Assembly: GCA_003693705.1 (NCBI GenBank)
Contig: RBZT01000978.1
Span: forward strand, 1 to 64,000
Length of the DNA: 64,000 bases
Reading direction: 5' to 3'
Source of the DNA: Polymyxa betae A26-41
Lineage: Eukaryota; Protista; Endomyxa: Phytomyxea
Shown here: positions 26,274 to 37,079 of the stretch, in pieces
Layout of the letters: each line of letters begins with the position of its first letter
Numbering within the stretch: the first letter of the stretch is position 1
Program-made: the position numbers and the translations under genes
The notes under the pieces: generated by a model
Told to the model about the DNA's origin: nothing
The model's database searches: none
What the model saw: the letters and a program-made list of their open reading frames with translations, nothing else

Positions 26274-27269
26274 ATGGAAACCAACCATGCAAATTCTAGG
26301 GTGCCTGCTATTGATCGAACTTTTCTATCAGCTTTGCATGATTTTTCCAATATTCTTGCTTGCCGTTTGCCACTGCTACAGGCAAACCCAGATGATGATA
26401 CCGATATCTCGGACCTAACGCCCGAACAGAAACTGCAGCTGTCTAGATATAAAACCGTGCTCAGTTAAATCACTAATTTATTGGCTTTAGGATTGGCCCG
26501 TGCCCGGTTCAATGGGCTAAAAACATCTCAAAAGTTCTCTGGACTGAATGTGAAATCCAAGCTCGTGTACGTCAAATGGCGAACGAAATAAGCAAAGGTC
26601 TCGTTGCATGATTTGACAGTATAGCCAGAGCCCAATTTAACATTTCTAGACTACATGGGTGAAAACATTATTGCTGTCGGGTTATTGAATGGAGCTGTGT
26701 TATTCGCTTCGGATCTGCTACGACATCTAACTGTTCCTTACGAGCTCGATTTTATGGCACTTTCTTCGTATCATGGAACCAATAGCACTGGAACTGTAGT
26801 CTCCACAATTTCCATCATTTTGTGGAATCTTAAAAGTTGTGTTCAGATAATGTTGAAAAAAGATTTATCTATTGATCCCGAGAACCGTCATGTTTTGATT
26901 ATTGAAGATCTTATCGATACTGGGGCGACATTGTACTGGCTCCAGAAACATTTCGAACATAAAAAGGCCAAGTCTATAAGAACGGCATGCTTACTTGATA
27001 AGAAAGTACTTGTGCTTATACTACTTAGTGATTCTCTCTAAGCAGACCTAGGTTAAAAGAGTAAATGAGGTTAACGTCGACTATATCGGCTGGGAATGTC
27101 CCGATGAGTTTGTCATCGGTTATGGCATGTATGGTATATCGCTATTTGTGTGAAACCATCTGATACAATTCCGTTTAGGGATCTAAACCGTGAGTATCGA
27201 TGCCTGCCTTTTATTGGAGTATTAAATCAGGATCTTCTAAAGGCATCAGACGCTCAATCCAATCACTAA
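26274..27269 (+). CDS. HPRT: Hypoxanthine-guanine phosphoribosyltransferase
   Basis: VGLLNGAVLFASDL, PRPP-binding VLIIEDLIDTGATL, LLDK and PDEFVIGYGM. Start codon approximate. Confidence 0.93.
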
Positions 27270-27312
27270 ACATTTCTTATTTTCCCTTTTTATATCATGG
27301 CAGTTGATTGCT

Positions 27313-27639
27313 TCAAAAATCGTAACATCGACCATTTTTCTCCCAGTCACCATATCGAGTAGGTTCTAGCCCGCGAGGTCTAACAAACATTCAGCTAAAG
27401 GCGTTAGATGAAAATAGATGTATCCACCCATCTACTTCGCCGGTCTCGGAAATTTGGTGTTGGTCATCAGTAGAGTCTTGTTTCGGTTCGCTTTCTATAA
27501 GCTCATCAGCCTTTGCTTTACTCTGTTCCAGGGCTATGAAGTATGCTAGATCTGGCTTTTTAGGTGCATCATGCAGTTTTCTGGATAAAGAGATGTGTTC
27601 TCCATAAATCCATGCTCTTCTGATTAATCTGCAATGCAT
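27313..27639 (-). CDS. SDHAF4: Succinate dehydrogenase assembly factor 4 (Sdh8/DUF1674)
   Basis: Spliced C-terminus [27 protein letters not shown] is the family signature. Arg-rich N-terminal targeting peptide. Confidence 0.92.
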
Positions 27640-28003
27640 CTTAAAGAATTATTTCAGCGCAATTTTTTACAACTTTCACAACATACCGGTACCCATTGAC
27701 AATACTTTTCTCGTACAGTATAACAGGATGCAGATCTTGATCTTTCAGAGTTCCGCAAACTGGTGTCCATGATTGTCAAACACCAGGAGCGGCCTTCTGT
27801 CAAAGCTAAAAGGACCATGCTATGATTATATTCATGAAACTAGAAGAATTCCATCGCATTCATCAGATCTTGATCTCATAGCGCTTTAAGGTCAGCCCGG
27901 ATTTATTTTTTCTATAAAAATAAATATCAATAATAAGTTGTTTTGCTGGGCGCAATACTGTCATGCAACACCGGTAAACAAACCAGATCCAATCCGATGC
28001 ATG

Positions 28004-28777
28004 TATTGCCGATTTCAAGAATTCTGTCCTCGCGCACTGTATAAAGCCCCATAATAAAAAACCCCGTGGCCGTATTTATTCGTCAGAGCCCTGTTTTACT
28101 ATTCGTCAAGCCTGGTTCAATTGAGTCATTGCTGACGTAGATTCACAGCAAATCTGGCCTTGGGACCCATTTTTAATCTTAAATCAGGGCTGTTTTGATA
28201 AAATCCTGCAGTTTGGCCCCATTGGAATGGGACAAATATCCCGTTTTTGGCACGCGATCCCAGGATCGCCAGAATCAGGTTTCAGTAATCCAATAAAGCT
28301 GCGAATTTGACATGTTTGGAAAGGATCTTCGCTGGCGATATTTAGTTTTGCACTATGTGTAATCGACGTCGTTAGAAAACGTGTCGTTGATAACGGTATC
28401 CTCAAGCGATGCGTAAAACGGTGAATGGCGCTCTTCGAAAAGAACGGCGTCGTCATCCCCAATGCTCCACGACAGAGGTCTGCACGATGGCCCCAAGAGG
28501 TCTATAATTTTGTTCAGCAGTTCGTGAGCAATCCTTGTTTCTATATTCAAGAATTACAGGAACAGCTATTGGAAAACTTCCCAGATGTGGGCTTCTACCT
28601 ACCATTTGCAGAGCATTACGCGACGAGAACTAATGTGAATTACTTAAAGCATTTATTCAACGATCTTTTCAATAAAATTGATTTGGCCCCATAGAAAGGC
28701 AGGACCGGGTTTTAAGAAAGTGCGTGGCCGGATATAGATGTAACCACCATAGGACAAAAATTTTGAAATCGGCAATA
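28004..28777. mobile_element. Degenerate DNA-transposon relic bounded by 27-bp inverted repeats
   Basis: TATTGCCGATTTCAAGAATTCTGTCCT (28004-28030) matches AGGACAAAAATTTTGAAATCGGCAATA (28751-28777) at 24/27 as an inverted pair. Contains a transposase remnant. Confidence 0.65.
28312..28600 (+). pseudogene. Tc1/IS630-like transposase N-terminal (HTH) fragment
   Basis: MFGKDLRWRYLVLHYV* followed by ALFEKNGVV...RWPQEVYNFVQQFVSNPCFYIQELQEQL. Has a stop and a frameshift, and no DDE domain. Confidence 0.65.
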
Positions 28778-29245
28778 AATATACAATATTACTGGATATT
28801 GGTACTTGACGATGCTAGATTCCTTCTTTTCAGATAACTTGACATGTCGATGGATTTGTTTCAGATGGTCAACGGTTAAAAGGGATTCTCATGGGGCAAT
28901 GAAAGGACAATGGTAAGTTATATTTCAAAAGGTGGAAACAACAAGCGCTGATTAACTTTTGTCATCCGATACCTTATCCAACAAATGGTTGCTTGGCCCA
29001 CCTGGAATTACAGCTCCTTGACATACATAATGACAATATGCTATCACCAGAAGACTGAGCATCAAAAACGGTCTGTCTGTTAATGATTGAATGGAGATGT
29101 ATTTCATCATTACGACTTCTCCATATCAATTATACAGTGTAAGAACAAGCGAATGTGTCTGATAATAAAGCTCCGATATCAGACAATTAAACTTGAAGTA
29201 CAACTCTAAAACACAGGGAACAGCAAACTGCTTATACTGTAATGA

Positions 29246-29812
29246 CTAAATTTTCGAAACTTCTCTTGCAATTACAGCCATTTGAAATCCTTGAGATCCG
29301 GATAATGTCTCAATAGGTGTTAATATAGATTGAACATTAACGTCATCTTCTGGGGCATAAACCCATTTCCTGGTATTATCAACGATTTGTCGTGCAATAT
29401 CAGGATTCATTGTACGAACATATAATCGGTATGATTTGAGATCAGAATCGGAAGGTGACTGCATAACTGCTCTCAGCAGCAGCAATCGCTGCAGTATGCG
29501 TTTAATCTGGTCTTCCGCAAGGCTGGAAGGGTGAAACGTTCCTGAGAACTTGATTACATATGACTCAAAAAGCCGCTTATTTGCAATTAAGGCGACAATG
29601 ATGGAAGATACTTTGGAGCGGTAAATATATGGAGAAATGGACGATACCCAGTCATTAATATAGTTACGTGCAGCACTAAAATGTTTAGGATGTAGACCAT
29701 GCATGGGAATGCCAAGATGAGTTTCAGTAACAAAGCATTCTGCAGGGTAGACCGACCGCTGATAGAGAATCTCGTTGATGGCGACCGAGATTGAGTTCAG
29801 CAACACGTCCAT
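29246..29812 (-). CDS. HORMA-domain protein, REV7/MAD2L2-like
   Basis: ISVAINEILYQRSVYPAECF, NYIND and ESYVIKF. 188 aa, intronless. Confidence 0.75.
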   Translation of the reverse strand: MDVLLNSISVAINEILYQRSVYPAECFVTETHLGIPMHGLHPKHFSAARNYINDWVSSISPYIYRSKVSSIIVALIANKRLFESYVIKFSGTFHPSSLAEDQIKRILQRLLLLRAVMQSPSDSDLKSYRLYVRTMNPDIARQIVDNTRKWVYAPEDDVNVQSILTPIETLSGSQGFQMAVIAREVSKI

Positions 29813-30113
29813 ATCTGAAACAATAAACTACAGTTTAGGTCGAAAGAGCTGGGCGAATTCCAACAAAATGCAAGTTTTCATGTTGCAGATATTAAAACCA
29901 GATGTGATATACTACTACGCAAAACTTGTTGATAGTTCTCCATAGGTAAGAATCTATTAGCGCATTGTTGAATAGTCCATACACAACTGGTAGGCTTTAA
30001 GCGCATTTGTTTTCTCTCAGCAGACTTCCTACCAATACTCCTTCCTTTCTATTTCAACATTATTTTGCTGGAAAGACGATGTGAATATAGCTCGTAAATA
30101 TGAAAATAGTCTG

Positions 30114-31423
30114 TTATATTCTGTCAAAGTCGGAAACAATAATAGTTATCAAGAGGATGCCTTGGTCAAATGATATCCTCCAGATGCTATTAGCAATGAT
30201 AATGCTTCCATCTGCTGTCATCATTTCAACAGTGAATCCGGCTGAAGGCAGTATTTCAATAAAAATGTCCATTATCCAATAGATAATATCTTCCCAGGAT
30301 GTATATGGAAACAGACTGGAAATACAATTGAGATTACAAACGAGTAAATGGTATAAATGCAATTATTACCTCCAGAACATATCTTGTGTTGTCCAGTATT
30401 GATTTATATATTCTGTACACGATGATGGTTGATGTTGGTCTGGACCAAGATATCCATTTCTTATTGTGCAGTCTGAGATCGAATGTCCACCTGCTGTTAT
30501 CCATCCAAATAAATTCTCAGCAAATGGATTCATCAGAACCGTATAAAAAGCTTCCAACGGGTTTGTGTAATCAATGCTGTTATCCATCCAAATAAATTCT
30601 CAGCAAATGGATTCATCAGAACCGTATAAAAAGCTTCCAACGAAATTGTGTAATCAATGAAATATTGAATAATAGGTAAACTATTATCATGTAGTATTAC
30701 AGATCCCTACATATAGATTAGAGATTAGTTAATTACAGATATTAATAGCTATTACTTGACAAACTTGATATGCACGACGTGTCTGTTCGATATAATGCTC
30801 ACGAGCAAGATATTTTACTACTTCTTCCTCATTGCGATTTTCTCGGTCTGTAAGACTATCATATAGCCATTGCCGAATTTGCAGTCGATCATTGATATCT
30901 AATAACGAGCATGATATTTTGCTCAAATGATCCCTAGGAGCACCATTCAGAATTTCACAAACATACCAACAATATAATAAATAATTCACATGTTAACCGG
31001 AAAGGCGAAGAACTGCATTAACTGATCTTTAGAATAGCGAGAAAAACAATGCAGCATAGCCATTCGAAGTGCATTAGATAATGAGATAGGCTTATCTACA
31101 GGATTTATACAAGTATCAAGGTTAAAATCTTGACAGTTTTCATCAACTGTAACTATATTGCCAGATGCACATTCCAATCCTAACCGTACACATCGTGGAC
31201 ATGGTCGTTCAGCAGATTTACAGGATAATTTCGCCTTGCGACAAGCAAGACACGTCTCTGAGCTAGAACGTCTCCTTCTATATGTTTTCAGAATTGGACG
31301 ATCATGACATTGATCAATAATCCCACGTTGAACACATCTAGAACAAGGTCGATTCAGATCACATCTCAGCTTTGCAGCTGAACACAGCAAACAAGCAACT
31401 TTAACACGACGTGGTCGAAGCAT
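30114..31423 (-). CDS. Transcription factor with two Zn(II)2Cys6 clusters and a C-terminal PAS-like domain
   Basis: CLLCSAAKLRCDLNRPCSRCVQRGIIDQC and CLACRKAKLSCKSAERPCPRCVRLGLEC, then VLMNPFAENLFGW (PAS-like). Frame depends on how the 83-bp duplication is handled. Confidence 0.85.
30492..30659. repeat. 83-bp tandem duplication (2 copies) inside coding exon
   Basis: Copies start at 30492 and 30575 and are identical except for 3 adjacent bases (GGT vs AAA after TTCCAACG). Confidence 0.95.
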
Positions 31424-32385
31424 AGCAAACAGCTGCCTTGAATATTGGTATTCAAAAACACCAAATAAAAATAATAGGAAGAATTTCAGTAAAAAATGGA
31501 TGCGAGATAGGGCGGGTCCTGAGACTTGGTTATTCTTGCAAGACAGATTAATTTCATAGACCCCTAACACAACATTTTATGGAATTGAATTCCGTGATCT
31601 GATCTTGTATTATACAAGTCAAATCGTCGCCGAAATCGATTTCATTCTGTTACGATATGAGAGCTTGATTTCAACGACAATAATCCGCCCATGATGAATA
31701 AATCATATCGTTGAATATGCAATTCCACTCCAAAAGCAGTAACTTATATTTCTGCTATCTCTTTGGTGGCCGACGATACGACATACAATGTCTCATATTG
31801 ACAGCAGTTTATTTAAAACTATAAAGCCGTGATATAGATATAGTGATTGTAGACGTGGAGACGTCATTATTTGCCAAAACTGAACGACTCAACGATCTTA
31901 GTTTGGACTGCGATCAGCAACGAACCGACGCAGCTCATGGCATGGAGCATCACTGGTTTCGTCCTCAGAAGTTGAAGTATTTAGTGAATATGCGACCCGG
32001 TTATTAAGCCTACATACATTGCTAGTTATCATCAATAAGATATTGAATAGTCCAATCCATTTTTGAGCTTTGTCATACGTCAAATGTAGGTTGTAAGTAG
32101 ATGGTGACAACTTGACCATTGGGGTTAGGTACTTGTCCGTTTGTTTTAGGTGTGTTTAAGGTTGCAAATTCCTCCATTACTGATACGGTTTTCGTATCAG
32201 ACGCATGATATCGTGAGCGCGGAATACGATGGAATACGGGCTGTGTACAGATATAAGACCAAATATGTATGATAGGTAATAGGATGACTGAAATCTATAG
32301 TGATGAAGATGGTTACTGTTACTGCTGGCCTGCTGGGGCGCCCCAACATCCCATACCACTATTTGACTGCGTGATCAACTTAATA

Positions 32386-34230
32386 ATGTATCGCATTCCA
32401 TCTGTCTCATCTCAATCTGTATTATTCAATAGATATGCATCAAGGATACGATCAGTATCTAACACTATCCAGGTTGATAACCCTTATACATCAAAGGCTT
32501 ATGTAGAGGTACAGGCTTTCGCCTAGTTGTGCTTGATTATTTAATGTCGACGTTAGATCGAAGAAGCCGATGAGCCGACTATGTTAAAACTTGTAGATTA
32601 TTCTGCACAAGTATATCGTAGTTGGGCGAATAGTCCTATGAGTGAAAGGATTGACCTATGCCGGAATTTTGTGAAGCATTTCCAGGCTCAAGGAAATCGA
32701 TATGCAGAACAGATCTGCAAGCAGACGGGAAAACCTTTAAATCAGGCTTTAGGAGAGATATCAACGACTATTACTCGCGCTAATAAGCTTATTGAATTAG
32801 CGGGTGTTGCTTTAGCTGATCATAAATTAAACGATGAAAATGGCGTCGAAAGAAGAATCACTCGAGAGCCAATTGGACCAGTATTACTGCTATGTCCTTG
32901 GAATTGTATATTGACAGCAACGTTCCGTTTATTCTTAATTTAAAATGGTTGTTAGATCCAATGCTATGCGCCATCAATGGCATTATCCCAGCCGTTCTTT
33001 CTGGAAATTCAGTGCTGTTAAAGCATTCAGAGCGATCCTCATTATGTGCAGATGCATTTGAAGAGAGCTTCAAGCTTGCTGGTGCTCCAAAACATCTTTT
33101 GCAAGCGTATGATCGATGCTGTATGGGAAGCCCGGCTTGTTAAAATCTGTTCATCAGTTTTCATGGATCACACGAACGTGTTGCTCATGCTATTGCTCAT
33201 CCTGCAATTGGATATGTGCAGTTCACAGGCAAAACATTTTTACAAGTTTAAAAAATTGCTCATTGCTTTACAGGATCTGTTGCCGGTGGTCAGAGCGTCT
33301 ACAAAGCAGTTTCTAATCGCTTTATCGGTAAAAACGATCAATTCCTTATCGATTTTAACAGTTGTTGTGAAGATGTTGGACTTGAGCTTGGGGGCAAAGA
33401 TGCTGCTTATATCTGTGCTGATGCTGATGTAACAGCAGCAGCAGCTGGCGCTATCGATGGTGCGTTTTACAACGCTGGACAATCATGCTGTGCAGTTGAA
33501 CGTATTTATGTTCACAAATCTGTCTATGACGTCTTTGTTCAAGAAGCACTTTCTCTGGTGAAGAGTTACAAACTTGGCGATCCAATGAAATCGGATACAA
33601 CCATTGGTCCAATGGCTCAGCCAAAAGCTCCTTCTTTTTTGCTTCATCAGATCGAGCAAGCCCGTGCAATGGGAGCTAAGATCTTGTGTGGCGGAAACCC
33701 TACTACTGATCCTGATGGAAATGTTGGCTTCATACCAGATCAGTCCTCTTCTACGCAGTCTCATCTCGCTTTAGGGACGATTTTTTGAACCAACATTGGC
33801 CGTTGAGTGCAATCATGAAATGTCACTAATGGTTGAAGAATCATTCGGACCAGGTTTTAAAGCATTCTATTTCTTTTCGTTGAAGCTCATCTGCATACAG
33901 TTGTCGGGGTGGCGGCTGTAGAATCAGACGAGGAAGCGGTCAAGTTAATTAATGACAGTCCATATGGATTAACTGCTTCTGTTTGGACTAGAGATAATGA
34001 CCATGCAGATCATTTGGTAGTATTCTATAAAAGTGCCGTTATTGCTCTGAATCATGCTTTAGATGCCCAAGCTGAATGTCGGTACAGTTTTCCAGAATCG
34101 TTGCGATTATTTGGATCCTGAATTACCTTGGTCTGGAAGGAAAGCTAGCGGAAAAGGAATTTCGTTGAGCCATCTAGCTTACAACGCTTTTACAAAAACA
34201 AAAGCATATAATCTGCGACGTTTCCAATAG
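32386..34230 (+). CDS. Aldehyde dehydrogenase family protein
   Basis: PWNYP, LKHSE, FTGS, GLELGGKD, NAGQSCCAVER and EESFGP across introns, including a GC-AG intron at 33229-33273. Confidence 0.95.
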
Positions 34231-34375
34231 GCAGCACATAAAAATTAGAGTCGATGATTACGTGAAAGATACCTCTTTCTTATAGCTTCCTGTTTCACAG
34301 TTGAACGTGCACCAGGCAGATTAGTCTCCGATCTGTGACTGAAACGGCCTACAAATCGCTTGGATTTCACATATC

Positions 34376-36925
34376 ATGATGGATGAACTGAGATCGGTTG
34401 TCAATGAACTCAATAAGCCGCCATTCTCCAAGGGGCTTACTCTTGTATCCCTCGATCAGAAGACAGCGCCTGAGCTTCTTCAGCTTATCATTGATGTTCT
34501 TTCAGAAATGGACTCTAAAATGAAGTTGAATGTCAAACATGAGCAAAAAGACGTGGCGGTGTATGCAATTACAGACTTTGTAGCGATGCTGAATTATAAG
34601 CCGGCCGTTGAGAACAGGAATGATTTTCAGGCTCAGCTCAATGAAGGTTTCGAAGTTTGATTCAGTTACAAACGAGATGCTTACTGCCAATTAGATAATC
34701 GCCGTGTTATCCATTCCCTTCTTCACTGGCTACTCCGCCCTCAGTCTATGGCCGAATTTAAGGTATTCCGAGCAGTATGATTTGAATCATGACTTGATGG
34801 TTTGTTTAGACCCGGGCTTATTTAGCTCGCTTCCTGAGAAAACTGGAGATTCCACAACAATTCATGACAAACGATGAATCAGATCCATTGAGAATTCTAA
34901 GCAAAAATCTCCAGTCGCTTCAAGAGGAATTTGTTTCGGTGCATCGAACAGTAACTAAACTCAGAAATGAGGCAGATTCGCCCAGTTCAACATTGACTGT
35001 TCCCAAAACCGTTGCGTCTTTAGCTAAAGCCATCGAGCAAATGGAATCAGAAAAGACGCAATTAGAAATGAACATATCCCGCATCCAGGCAAAAACCGCG
35101 AATGAGGCCCAGATCCAGAATCTTGATTTAAAAGCAATGCTGACTATTACAAATCAATTAAGAAAACTTCAAGAACAGCAAAACCAATTACAACAAAGGT
35201 AAACAAACTCGTGCGGCTGCGATTGTGATATAATTTCTCTATTAGTTGCAATGATCAAAATCAATTGCTGAAGAATGCTCAAAATAAATGCGATTCGATT
35301 CATCGGAGATGGCGAGACATCAAGGATAGAGAAACCGCAGGCAGGGAAGTTGGCCCATCCGAAATAGTAGAGCGACTCAAGAACGAGCTACAATCTGTCA
35401 ACGCACGTCGCAACAGAACTATTTTGGATATAGCAGAAATTCAGAAGCATGCATTGGAATCTCAGCGAATTTTAACCTCAGAGCGTTTTACTGACGATCA
35501 GGTCGGAGTACAGCGAAGTCCATGCATAATTGACAACTGAGATTTCCCGAGGTGGCTAGCATCGAGACAGAACTCGCTGAAATTCGTAGAGAAGTCCAAA
35601 CGATGGAGTCTCTAAAAGAAACAATCTATCAGAAGACTGACGATCAGTTACGGGTATTTAGAAACCAAGCAAGTGCAGTAGAGAACAAACGGAAGATGAT
35701 CATCAAAGAGGTTGGCAAATTAGTAATTTACTTCAGCTAATAAACAGAGAATTTAGGTGAGCGAAGCCGACGAAGAACTACAAGAGCTAAGAAAAGAGTT
35801 AGCCAATATAGATGCCGAACTTGGAGTGGAGGGCAACCGTCCGAAAACGCAAGCCGATATCAAACGGTAAAGGAGAAGAGCTAAAAATGAAATCAAATAT
35901 TCATTTTGAGGTCACAGATATATGAATGAGTTGCAGGCTAAAACTCAAACGTACAAAACTTTAAAACATCAGCTTCAAGAAGGCAGAAATGAGCTGGCGG
36001 TTTTAGTCCGAACGGAAGAGATTTTGAGAAGCAGGGACGACCATCTCTCTGATCTCATACAAAATATGGAACAAGAAAAAGGTCGGCACGCCTGCTGAAT
36101 GAACAAATGAACCAGAAGTAATTTTGTTTAGGAATAACTGGATATGAAAAGACGCAAGGGCAGATCGAAAAGGTATCAATGGAGAAGAGCGGAATTGATG
36201 TGGATAAAGGAGCGACATTGGAAGAAATGTCTCAAATTGTCACGCAAGTCTTAAGTGAAATCAAATCTAAAAAGCACGAACTTGGGCCTATAGTACAGGT
36301 TACTGCAACATACAATATTTGATGGAATTCCACTTAAACTGATACAATAGGAGCTGAAAGAACAACGAGACGTTTATCAGGAAGTGGAAAATAGATATAT
36401 CGAGAAGAAGCGAAAATGGGACAGCGTGGCAATCGGATTTGACAATGAGCGATCGAAACTAGAATACGAATTGGATGAAAACTCGAACGGGTTCTCTCGT
36501 GAGGAATCCCAGTTTCATTTGATCAACAGTTTGCTGTTGATCGAAGAAGAGAAATTACAACGGTTAGACCAAGAGAAGGTTCTGCTAAAGAAAAACACAT
36601 CGAACAGCCTCCTTGGGAAATACATCAGCCATAAGCACATGTTGGAAACCATGATAAAAGAGAGGGAGCAGGAATCCAGAAATTTGAGGAAGCAACAAAA
36701 AGAAATCCAGGTGAATAATAGTGAACTGGGAATTACAGCAACTGAAATATCTAGTAGACGGATCATAGCGAGAAAGTAAACCAACGCCATGCGTTTACTA
36801 TTCTGCGACAGTTGCTACAAGCCAAGATACAGCTGATGCAAGTGACGCCGGAGGACCAAGAGGAGCATAATTTCCTGAAGATATCCCAAGGCGACCAATA
36901 CCCAGGTGGCGTTCCTGTCATCTAA
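34376..36925 (+). CDS. IFT81: Intraflagellar transport protein 81
   Basis: N-terminal LNKPPFSKGLTLVSLD CH domain, RAYLARFL, VLVRTEEIL and KGATLEEMSQIV, in a long coiled coil. Confidence 0.92.
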
Positions 36926-37079
36926 AAAGTAAACAACAACTGAATAAATGAAATGGGATCTGTGATTACTCCCAACAGAACCAGGCGCACTATTTGTTGG
37001 TAGAGCTGCCTTTGTTTGTGCTGTGACTACGTAAAGAAGTTCGGGGTCTCCCCTTCGCCCCAAAAAGGCTCCAGGCACA

